Position numbers and translations under genes: made by a program. A stretch of DNA of 64,000 nt from an uncultured Anaerolinea sp. (GTDB lineage Bacteria; Chloroflexota; Limnocylindria; Limnocylindrales; CSP1-4): NCBI GenBank assembly GCA_964625345.1, contig CAZVDO010000001.1, positions 55,237-119,236 on the forward strand, read 5' to 3'. Positions 1 through 7,675 of this stretch are shown in pieces (position 1 is the stretch's first letter; the number at the start of each line of letters is the position of its first letter). Below the pieces are notes generated by a model. It did not search any database. It had not been told where the DNA came from and saw nothing but the letters and a program-made list of their open reading frames with translations.

Positions 1-273
1 GCAGTTCGCGCACGTGTACTGCCGGCAGGACATGCAGAAGTTGAACGTCTTGTGGAAGGCGTCGAGCTGCATCGACGTCATCTCGCGCTCGGCGTCCGAG
101 CGGGCAGCGGCAAGGGCCTCGTCGAGCGACGAATCGTCGGACAGGACGAAGTTGCGCAGGCCACGTCCGAGCGTGCGGATGTTCCGCAGCCGTGCCTTGC
201 GCGGCGCGCCGGATTCGAAGGTGTAGCGCGTGCCACACCGTTCGCAGAAGGATTCGGTCAGGATCTCGGTCAT
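1..273 (-). CDS. hypothetical zinc-ribbon protein, N-terminal part (gene runs off window start)
   Basis: Minus-strand ATG at 271-273 opens a frame reading MTEILTESFCERCGTRYTFES...FNFCMSCRQYTCANC through position 1; two CxxC pairs. It is absent from the ORF track because no stop lies inside the window. A minus-strand TATACT-like -10 sits about 70 nt upstream (around 338-350). Confidence 0.4.
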   Translation of the reverse strand, partial: MTEILTESFCERCGTRYTFESGAPRKARLRNIRTLGRGLRNFVLSDDSSLDEALAAARSDAEREMTSMQLDAFHKTFNFCMSCRQYTCANC

Positions 274-443
274 ATGCCCCCGGAGCTCGCTCCGTGCGTC
301 CACGGCCCGTCCGCGACGGGTTGCGAGTATAGACCAGGGTCGGCCCGGATCCGATCGGCAGCAGGTACCAGCGGGGCGGGCCAACCGTCCGGGGCTCGGA
401 CGCGGCAACCGTGGTCCGGCGAGCCTCTGGTAGGCTCCGGCGA

Positions 444-1265
444 ATGCGACCCCTTGCGGCCGTCGAGCTGTTCTTCGAGCGGCTCATCGAACGGCCCAGC
501 GCGCGGCTCTTCCGGCCGCGGCTTCGCCCGACCCACGTCCAGCGCCGGCTCGAACGGGCGATGGAGCTCGGGCGACGTCGATCCGGGACGCTCGTCGCGG
601 TGCCGGACCACTACCGCGTCCGAATCCATCCGGCCGACCTGGCCGACCTCGGTGACGCGGAGGCCCTCGCGGCGCGACTCGCGACGGATGCCCTCACGTT
701 CGCGCGGCGGCACGGCTACGCGGTCGTGGCCCGGCCCACCGTCGCCCTGGCACCGGATGCCGCGCTCCGCCGGGGCGACGTCGTCGTCACGGCCCGGGAG
801 ACGGACCCGCACGGAATGGGTCCCGCCGGGACGCCGCTCACCGGTGCGCCCGGGACGGCAGCCCCAGTGCCCGCGGACGGCGCGACCCGGGCGTTCGAGG
901 TCCCGGTGATCCACGGTCCGCGAGCGACCCTGGTCATCCGCGATCCACGCGGTCGCGAGCGCACCGTGGTCACGGACGGCGCTTCCCTGGCGATCGGGCG
1001 GGCGGTCCGTGACGGGCTGCTGCTCGACGATCGCCGTGCCTCACGCCAGCACGCCCGGCTCCAGGCGCGTGGCGGCGCGCTCATCCTCACCGACCTCGAC
1101 TCGACCAACGGGACGTTCGTGAACGGCTCGCGCATCCGCGAGATCGCGCTCGGAGCGGGGGACCGCATCCACATCGGCGACACCACGATCGAGGTGGCGG
1201 CGCTCGACGATGGGCGGCCGGACGCCATCGACGCCACCGCCGCCACGCGCCAGGCGTCCGACTGA
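444..1265 (+). CDS. FhaA-like protein (DUF3662-like N-terminal region plus C-terminal FHA domain)
   Basis: In-frame ATG at 444 (MRPLAAVELFFERLIERPS...). C-terminal FHA signature LAIGRA...ASRQHARL...ILTDLDSTNGTFVNG. Lies in the conserved fhaA-fhaB-rodA-pbpA order. Confidence 0.7.
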   Translation: MRPLAAVELFFERLIERPSARLFRPRLRPTHVQRRLERAMELGRRRSGTLVAVPDHYRVRIHPADLADLGDAEALAARLATDALTFARRHGYAVVARPTVALAPDAALRRGDVVVTARETDPHGMGPAGTPLTGAPGTAAPVPADGATRAFEVPVIHGPRATLVIRDPRGRERTVVTDGASLAIGRAVRDGLLLDDRRASRQHARLQARGGALILTDLDSTNGTFVNGSRIREIALGAGDRIHIGDTTIEVAALDDGRPDAIDATAATRQASD

Positions 1266-1267
1266 CC

Positions 1268-1705
1268 ATGGACCCTGCCGTCCTTGCCGTCTGGCTGCTC
1301 CGGCTCGGGTTCCTGGCCATGCTCTACCTCTTCCTGTGGGCCGTGGTCAGGGTCCTCCTGCGCGACCTGCGGGCGGCCGCCCGCGAGCCCACGGCGGAGG
1401 TCGGGCGGCTGGTGGTCCTGGCCTCGCCCACGGACGAGCCGCCGGTGGGTGCCGGCTTCGCACTCGATGCCGTGACCACGCTCGGGCGGGACGTCAACAA
1501 CGCGATCGTGCTCGAGGACGACTTCGTATCGGGCCGTCACGCGGTCCTCACGTACCGGGGGCGGGCCTGGTTCGTGGAGGACCTCGGGTCGACGAACGGG
1601 ACCTACGTCAACGGTTCCCCGGTCGAGGACATCGCACCGCTGGCCTTCGGCGACGAACTCCAGGTCGGCAACGTCCGCCTCCGGCTGGAGCGGGCCCGAC
1701 GATGA
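1268..1705 (+). CDS. FhaB/FipA-like membrane-anchored FHA-domain protein
   Basis: N-terminal hydrophobic helix (LAVWLLRLGFLAMLYLFLWAVV) followed by an FHA domain (TTLGRD...SGRHAVL...VEDLGSTNGTYVNG). Starts 3 nt after the FhaA stop. Confidence 0.7.
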   Translation: MDPAVLAVWLLRLGFLAMLYLFLWAVVRVLLRDLRAAAREPTAEVGRLVVLASPTDEPPVGAGFALDAVTTLGRDVNNAIVLEDDFVSGRHAVLTYRGRAWFVEDLGSTNGTYVNGSPVEDIAPLAFGDELQVGNVRLRLERARR

Positions 1706-1727
1706 CACTGGCCGGGCCCGCGCCGAC

Positions 1728-3161
1728 GTGGTGATCGCCCGCTTCCGACCGCGACCGCGACGGCGGGAGCTCGGCCTCCTGCTCGTGGTCACGGTGGCGT
1801 TGCTGCTCGGGAGCGCATCGCTCGCCGCCACGCGGGCGCTCGCGGCCGGCTCCGACCCGCTCGGGGAGGGTTTCGCGCTGGCCGACGGCCCGGCACTCGC
1901 GGCCTACCTGGGCGCGTTGTTCGGGGCACACCTCCTGTTCATCCTCACCGGCCGGCGGACGGACCAGGTGCTCCTGCCCACGATCGGGTTGCTCGGCGGG
2001 ATCAGCCTGCTGCTCATGACCCGCCTGCCCCAGGACCTCGCGGGCGGGCTCGGGCTCGGCCGGACGCAGCTCCTGTGGCTGCTCGGCTCGATCGCCATCA
2101 TCGCGGCCATCGCGGCGTTCGCGACGTCGGATGCCCGGCTCCGGCTCTACAAGTACACGTGGGCGGCGTTCGGGGTGGGACTCCTGCTCCTGACGTTCGT
2201 GCTCGGCCACGACGTCAACGGGCAGCGCCTCACGCTCTCCATCGGGCCGCTCTCGGGACAGCCGTCCGAACTCCTCAAGGTCATCCTCGTGGTGTTCCTG
2301 GCCGGGTACCTGAGCGAGCATCGACCGCTGCTGATCGAGGAATCGACGCGGGTCGGACCCCTCCGCCTGCCCCCGGTTCCGTACCTCGCGCCGATGGCCG
2401 CGATGTGGGCCCTGGCGCTCGCGATCGTCGTGGTCCAGCGTGACCTCGGGGCCGCCCTGCTCTTCTTCCTCGTCTTCCTGATGCTCCTCTACGTCGCGAC
2501 GGGACGGGCCTCGTTCGTTGCCCTCGGCCTCGTGGCCTTCATCGCCGGCGGCTGGGTGCTGGCCTCGATCGTGCCGCACATCCGGACCCGCATCGACATC
2601 TGGATCGACCCGTTCGCGACCGCCCAGACGGCCGGCTACCAGGTGGTCCAGGCGCTCCATGCCTTCGCACGCGGCGGGATCCTCGGCACCGGCCTGGGCG
2701 GCGGCCTGCCATCCGTCGGGGGCACGCCGCCCATCCCGGCCCTGCACACGGACTTCCCGCTCGCGGCGATCGGGGAGGAGCTGGGGCTCATCGGCGTGCT
2801 CGCCGTGCTGGGCCTCTACCTCGTCGTCATCGAGCGCGGGTTGCGAATCGCGGCCTCCTCCGCGGACGACTTCCGGGCCATCCTCGCGGCGGGGCTGAGC
2901 CTCGTGATCGGGGTCCAGGCGTTCATCATCGCGGCCGGGAACCTCAAGCTGATCCCGCTCACGGGCATCACGCTCCCATTCATCTCCTACGGCGGCTCGT
3001 CCCTGCTCACGAACGGGATCGTCGTGGGGGTGCTCATCGCGCTCTCGGATCGCGGTGCCGAGCCGCCGGCGCGGATGCGGCGGCACCCTCGCCATTCGCC
3101 CGATCCGCGGCCCCGGCCGCAGCCGGAGTCGTCGCCAGCGCCGCCGGCGGTGGTCGCGTGA
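1728..3161 (+). CDS. rodA: SEDS-family peptidoglycan glycosyltransferase (RodA/FtsW)
   Basis: Polytopic membrane protein with the SEDS C-terminal block (GGILGTGLGGG...DFPLAAIGEELGLIG...ITLPFISYGGSSLL). Position between fhaB and pbpA. Confidence 0.8.
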   Translation: MVIARFRPRPRRRELGLLLVVTVALLLGSASLAATRALAAGSDPLGEGFALADGPALAAYLGALFGAHLLFILTGRRTDQVLLPTIGLLGGISLLLMTRLPQDLAGGLGLGRTQLLWLLGSIAIIAAIAAFATSDARLRLYKYTWAAFGVGLLLLTFVLGHDVNGQRLTLSIGPLSGQPSELLKVILVVFLAGYLSEHRPLLIEESTRVGPLRLPPVPYLAPMAAMWALALAIVVVQRDLGAALLFFLVFLMLLYVATGRASFVALGLVAFIAGGWVLASIVPHIRTRIDIWIDPFATAQTAGYQVVQALHAFARGGILGTGLGGGLPSVGGTPPIPALHTDFPLAAIGEELGLIGVLAVLGLYLVVIERGLRIAASSADDFRAILAAGLSLVIGVQAFIIAAGNLKLIPLTGITLPFISYGGSSLLTNGIVVGVLIALSDRGAEPPARMRRHPRHSPDPRPRPQPESSPAPPAVVA

Positions 3162-4687
3162 CCGCCGCTCGCTCGCCGGGCGGCCGCCCCGAGCAGCCCT
3201 TGATCGAGCGGCCCCCGGTGGGCGCGACGCTCGGCCGGGTCGGACTGGCCGTATCGATCGCCTTTGCCGCGATCGCCGCCGGCGCCGGGTACTGGCAGGT
3301 GGTCCGGTCGTCGGACCTGTCGTCGGCGCCGGACGATGCCGCGGTCATCGCCGCTGCGCGGCGCGTGGTTCGGGGCGAGATCTTCGATCGGGACGGGACC
3401 CGGCTGGCCTGGTCGGAGCGCGATCGCAACGGCGACCCGTACCGCGTCTACGCGTCGGACGCCTGGTCCGGGGTGATCGGCTACGCATCGCGCGCCTTCG
3501 GCACGGCCGGCCTCGAACGCGCCTACAACGCCGAGCTGACCGGAGTGGTGGCGGCCGATCCCGTCTTCGAGCTCGTCAAGAAGTTCCGGGCCGACCCGAG
3601 CGATCCACAGGCCATCACGACGACGATGGTCGCCGCGTTGCAGGCCCAGGCCGTCCGCCAGCTGGGCTCCGATCGCGGCGCCGTGGTCCTGATGGACCCG
3701 CGGACCGGCGAGGTGCTCGCGCTCGTCTCGACCCCCGCATTCGATGCGTCCGCGGTCGCAAATCCGGCCACCGCATCGGCCACGATGCCGGTCCTCCAGG
3801 CTGACCCGGCGTCCCCGCTCCTCCCGCGCGCGACCCAGGGCCGGTACGTGCCCGGGTCCGTGTTCAAGGTCGTCACGGCCATCGCCGCGCTCGGATCCGG
3901 TGCCGTCGCGGCCGATACCACGTTCGAGGAGCAACCCGCGGCCGAGGCGGACGGGCTGCTGGTGTCGGGCTTCCGTGTCCGCGATGGGCACCACCCGGCC
4001 ACGGGTGCCAGGCCGCTCGACTTCCTCGGCGCCACGGAGGTCTCCTGCAACATCTGGTACGCGCTGGCCGGACTGCGCACGGGCGGCGACCGCCTGGCCG
4101 AGTGGTCGGCGCGACTGGGCTTCGGGCAGACGTTGCCGTTCGACCTGCCGACTGCCCGGTCTCAGCTCACGAACGGCGGCGGCTCGTTCGGTGGCGGGTT
4201 CGCCGATGCCGTCGAGCTCGCGAACGCGGCCTATGGCCAGGCCGAGACGCTCGTGACGCCGCTCCAGATGGCGATGGTCGCGAGTACGGTCGCGAACGAC
4301 GGCGTGCTGATGCGGCCCCATCTGGTCCGCGCGTTCACCGGTCGGGCGGGGACGCGCGGCGTCGATCCCGAGGTGCTCTCGCGGGTCCTGCCCTCGTCGA
4401 TCGCCGGGCAGGTCGCCGCGGCGATGGACGCGGCCGTCAACGGCAAGCTCGGTCGCGCCTACACGAAGGGTGCGCGGGTCGATGGCCTGCACGTGTGGGG
4501 CAAGTCCGGGACTGCGGAGCTCGGCGGGGAAGGCGAGCCCAACTCCTGGTTCATCGGCTTCGCGGGGGCGGACCGGCCGGAGGTCGCGATCGCCGTCGTG
4601 GTGGAGCAGGGCGGGCGGGGGAGCGAGCGCGCGGCGCCCATCGCCGGCGCGATGTTCGCGGCATGGAAGGCGTGGGCGGGCCGGTGA
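3158..4687 (+). CDS. pbpA: class B penicillin-binding protein (transpeptidase), PbpA-like
   Basis: GTG at 3158 overlaps the rodA stop (GTGA). Transpeptidase motifs are present (PGSVFK, SCN, KSGTAE). N-terminal signal anchor. Confidence 0.8.
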   Translation: MTAARSPGGRPEQPLIERPPVGATLGRVGLAVSIAFAAIAAGAGYWQVVRSSDLSSAPDDAAVIAAARRVVRGEIFDRDGTRLAWSERDRNGDPYRVYASDAWSGVIGYASRAFGTAGLERAYNAELTGVVAADPVFELVKKFRADPSDPQAITTTMVAALQAQAVRQLGSDRGAVVLMDPRTGEVLALVSTPAFDASAVANPATASATMPVLQADPASPLLPRATQGRYVPGSVFKVVTAIAALGSGAVAADTTFEEQPAAEADGLLVSGFRVRDGHHPATGARPLDFLGATEVSCNIWYALAGLRTGGDRLAEWSARLGFGQTLPFDLPTARSQLTNGGGSFGGGFADAVELANAAYGQAETLVTPLQMAMVASTVANDGVLMRPHLVRAFTGRAGTRGVDPEVLSRVLPSSIAGQVAAAMDAAVNGKLGRAYTKGARVDGLHVWGKSGTAELGGEGEPNSWFIGFAGADRPEVAIAVVVEQGGRGSERAAPIAGAMFAAWKAWAGR

Positions 4688-5001
4688 CCGACAGACGAGC
4701 CGGGCCGGGGCCGGAACCGGAGCGCGAGGCGGTGCGGGACACGGCCACGCGGGGGCCGGTGGAGGATCCGCCGGCCGACCGGGGCGCCGAACCGCAGGGT
4801 GGGGAAGCTGCGGAGCCCGCCGCGAGGCGCCCGCTGATCGAGCGGTTGGGCATGGCCGCGGTGGCCCTGGTGATGGCGATCCTGTTCGGCGTGCTCGGGG
4901 TGGCCTCCTGGGTCGGCGGCGAGGGATTCCTCGCGATCATGGCCGGGATCGGTGCGCTCATGACCGCATGGGCCGGCGCGAACGCGGCCCGCCGAGGCTG
5001 A
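4684..5001 (+). CDS. hypothetical small membrane protein
   Basis: GTG at 4684 overlaps the pbpA stop (GTGA). C-terminal two hydrophobic helices ([21 protein letters not shown]...[16 protein letters not shown]). No homology recognised. Only the last ~105 codons of ORF 4102..5001 are plausible, because the upstream part overlaps pbpA. Confidence 0.3.
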   Translation: MTDRRAGPGPEPEREAVRDTATRGPVEDPPADRGAEPQGGEAAEPAARRPLIERLGMAAVALVMAILFGVLGVASWVGGEGFLAIMAGIGALMTAWAGANAARRG

Positions 5002-5115
5002 ATGGGGCCGGCCGCCCACGTGCGTCGGTCCCCACGTGCGACCTCCCGAGGTGTGTCCGAAATGTCGCGCGTCCGACGAAGGAGCCCGGCCCGGCAGCCT
5101 CGCCTGGGCGGCCTG

Positions 5116-5133
5116 TGACCGAAATCGCGGTCA
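5116..5133. promoter_or_regulatory. inverted repeat TGACCG-N6-CGGTCA (operator-like), upstream of moxR
   Basis: tgaccgaaatcgcggtca: perfect 6 bp arms in the 380 bp region between the small membrane gene and moxR. Confidence 0.4.
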
Positions 5134-5186
5134 ATCGGCGTGGGAACTCGGTCGATCGATGGTCCGGCGTGCGGTCCGTCGCCCAA

Positions 5187-5204
5187 TGACCGAACGGTCG
5201 GTCA
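5187..5204. promoter_or_regulatory. inverted repeat TGACCGA-N4-TCGGTCA (operator-like), upstream of moxR
   Basis: tgaccgaacggtcggtca: perfect 7 bp arms with the same half-site as 5116-5133. A third partial copy (gtccgaaatgtcgcg) lies near 5055-5070. Confidence 0.4.
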
Positions 5205-5380
5205 CTCCGAGCAGGCCGCCCGCGCCCGGCCCGCACTCCACGTCCGGCCCACGCCCGCCAGCCGCCCCAGCCACGACTCCGGGCCGGATCGGAGGGAACC
5301 TTTCGGGCGCCTCGGGCGTACCATCCATCGACGCCGCGACCCCGCCAACCCGACCGCGGGCGCCACGCAACGAGGGAACC

Positions 5381-6388
5381 ATGACGACCATCCAGGAGAC
5401 CGGCGACCGCGTCCTCGCCAACGTCGAACGCGTGATCGTCGGCAAGCACCGCGAGGTCCGCCTGGCCCTCGTCGCGTTGCTCTGCCGTGGCCACCTGCTC
5501 ATCGAGGACGTCCCGGGCACCGGCAAGACGGTCCTCGCCAAGGCCATCGCCAAGAGCCTCGGCTGCACGTTCCGGCGAATCCAGTTCACCCCGGACCTGC
5601 TGCCGTCCGACGTGACCGGCCTCTCGATCTACAACCAGAAGACCCAGGAGTTCGAGTTCCGGCCGGGCCCGATCATGGCCCAGGTGGTCCTCGCGGACGA
5701 GATCAACCGGGCGACCCCGAAGACCCAGTCCTCGCTCCTCGAGTGCATGGAGGAGCGCCAGGCCACCGTCGACGGCACCACGTGGCCGATGCCCGACCCT
5801 TTCCTCGTCATCGCGACGCAGAACCCCATCGAGTACGAGGGGACGTTCGCCCTGCCCGAGGCGCAGCTGGACCGCTTCATGCTCCGCGTGCGCCTCGGCT
5901 ATCCCTCGGCGGTTGACGAGCTCGTGATCCTCGACGAGCAGAAGCGGACCCACCCGGTGGACGCCCTCGAGGAGGTCGTCTCCGCAGAAGAGCTGCACGT
6001 GATGCAGTCCCAGGTCCGCGAGGTGTACGTCGACCCGTCGGTTGCGGAATACATCGTCCGGCTCGTGGGCGCCACGCGGACGCATCCGGACGTGTACCTG
6101 GGTGCATCGCCGCGCGGGTCCATCGCCCTGTATCGCGCCGGCCAGGCGCTCGCCGGCCTTCTCGGACGGGACTACGTGCTCCCGGACGACGTGAAGGCCG
6201 TGGCGGAGGCCGCCCTGGCCCACCGGCTCATCATCAAGACGAGTTCCTCCATCCACGACATCCAGGCCAACCAGGTCGTGGCCGAGCTGCTCGAGACCAC
6301 CGCGGTCGAGGGCATCAACCCAACGGGATCGGGAACGCGCGGCGGTCCCCGCGAAGTCACCGCCAGGGCGCAGGCGTCCGAGGCCTGA
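5381..6388 (+). CDS. MoxR-family AAA+ ATPase
   Basis: The real start is the ATG at 5381 ([17 protein letters not shown]...), which is in frame and supported by conservation. Walker A DVPGTGKT, Walker [11 protein letters not shown], and the characteristic MoxR blocks ([15 protein letters not shown]...LPEAQLDRF). Confidence 0.9.
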   Translation: MTTIQETGDRVLANVERVIVGKHREVRLALVALLCRGHLLIEDVPGTGKTVLAKAIAKSLGCTFRRIQFTPDLLPSDVTGLSIYNQKTQEFEFRPGPIMAQVVLADEINRATPKTQSSLLECMEERQATVDGTTWPMPDPFLVIATQNPIEYEGTFALPEAQLDRFMLRVRLGYPSAVDELVILDEQKRTHPVDALEEVVSAEELHVMQSQVREVYVDPSVAEYIVRLVGATRTHPDVYLGASPRGSIALYRAGQALAGLLGRDYVLPDDVKAVAEAALAHRLIIKTSSSIHDIQANQVVAELLETTAVEGINPTGSGTRGGPREVTARAQASEA

Positions 6389-6415
6389 GCGTACCTTCCA
6401 GCACGAGGCCAGCCG

Positions 6416-7675
6416 ATGCTGCGTCGCCTCCAGCTCGTCGTCATCGCCCTGGTCCTGCTGATCGCGGCGTTCTCGACCGCGCTGCCGTTCCTGTTCTACC
6501 TCGTCTACCTCGCGATCTTCGTGATCGGCGGGTCGTACGTGCTGACGCGGCTCGGCCTGTCCGACCTCGAGGCGGGCTACGCGGTGAACCAGCTCTCGGG
6601 TCACGTGGGCGATCGGCTCCGGGTCACGTACACGCTCCGCAACACGAGCCGCATTCCCAAGTTCTGGCTCGAGGTCCACAACCCGACCTCGCTGCCGGCC
6701 GGCCTCCCGGGTCGCGCGCTGTCCCTCGGCCCGCGGACCGAGCGCTCCTGGCTGGTCCGGACCCCGCTGACCCGGCGGGGGCACTTCCGGATCGAGCCGC
6801 TCCAGATCCGGACGGGCGATCCGTTCGGGTTCTTCGAATCCTCGGCCGCGGTGGGCACCGGGGTCACGGCCGTCGTCTACCCGCGGGTCGAGGCGCTGCC
6901 GCTCTGGAAGCTCCCGGCCGCGAACGTCGACGGCAGCCACGCCACGCCTGAGCGGACGCTCCAGACGACGCCCCTCGCAACCACCGTACGACCCTGGGCA
7001 CCGGGCGACGCCTTCAACCGGATCAGCTGGAAGGCCACGGCACGGCACGGCGAGATCCAGGTCAAGGAGTTCGATCTCGAGCAGACCGCGGACGCCTGGA
7101 TCATCCTCGACCTCGAGCGGGCCGCCCAACTCGGACGGGGCGACGAATCCACCGTCGAGGTGGCCGTCCGCGCCGCGGCCTCGATCGCCGACAAGGCGAT
7201 CCTGGAGAACCGCGCCGTGGGCCTGACGGTCAACGCCCATCGCCTCGCCCAGTTGCCGCCGGACCGCGGCGGTCGCCAGCACCTCAAGATCATGCAGCTC
7301 CTCGCGGCGGTCGACGGCGATGGCGCGAGCCCGCTCTCCGAGGCCCTCGTGGCCACGGTCCCGCGCATCCGGCGGGGCATGACCGCGGTCGTCATCACGC
7401 CCTCGCTCGAACGCGAGTGGGTCCGCCCGCTCAGCGCGCTGCGGGCGCGCGGCGTCGGGTGCGTGGTCGTGATGTTCGACGTCGAGGCCTTCCGCCGCTA
7501 TGCCCACGACGAGGAGCTGCGTGCGCGCGGCCTGCCGCCGGAGCCCGACGACGTGGCCCGCGACAGCGACCTGGTCCGACAGCAGCGCACCCTGCGCCAC
7601 GCCCTCTCGGAATTCGACGTCCAGGTCCACGAGGTGGTCCCTGCGCGGCCACTCGGCGAGATCCTCGCCCGATGA
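6416..7675 (+). CDS. DUF58 family protein (MoxR-associated, vWA-like)
   Basis: N-terminal two TM helices followed by the typical DUF58 layout. The moxR-DUF58 pairing is the canonical gene order. Overlaps the next gene by 4 nt. Confidence 0.75.
   Translation: MLRRLQLVVIALVLLIAAFSTALPFLFYLVYLAIFVIGGSYVLTRLGLSDLEAGYAVNQLSGHVGDRLRVTYTLRNTSRIPKFWLEVHNPTSLPAGLPGRALSLGPRTERSWLVRTPLTRRGHFRIEPLQIRTGDPFGFFESSAAVGTGVTAVVYPRVEALPLWKLPAANVDGSHATPERTLQTTPLATTVRPWAPGDAFNRISWKATARHGEIQVKEFDLEQTADAWIILDLERAAQLGRGDESTVEVAVRAAASIADKAILENRAVGLTVNAHRLAQLPPDRGGRQHLKIMQLLAAVDGDGASPLSEALVATVPRIRRGMTAVVITPSLEREWVRPLSALRARGVGCVVVMFDVEAFRRYAHDEELRARGLPPEPDDVARDSDLVRQQRTLRHALSEFDVQVHEVVPARPLGEILAR

Noticed and set aside
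1608-3095. 495 aa minus-strand ORF antisense to rodA, and many similar long ORFs (e.g. 4958-7630, 7498-9966, 16130-18433, 20052-22958, 22288-24270, 24322-26295, 25974-28193, 35110-38838, 39342-42662, 43390-45303, 10967-13027).
   Set aside because: All lie antisense to, or out of frame with, genes that have clear family motifs. Their products are Arg/Gly/Pro/Asp-rich with no recognisable motifs. At ~70% GC, stop codons are rare in all six frames, so ORF length alone is not evidence.
4102-4683. Upstream 194 codons of ORF 4102-5001.
   Set aside because: Entirely within pbpA in a different frame. Only the portion after the pbpA stop (4684 onward) is a candidate gene.
7417-7671. N-terminal extension of the transglutaminase-like ORF (track start 7417).
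   Set aside because: It overlaps the DUF58 coding region in another frame and is Arg/Pro-rich. The conserved membrane protein begins at ATG 7672.
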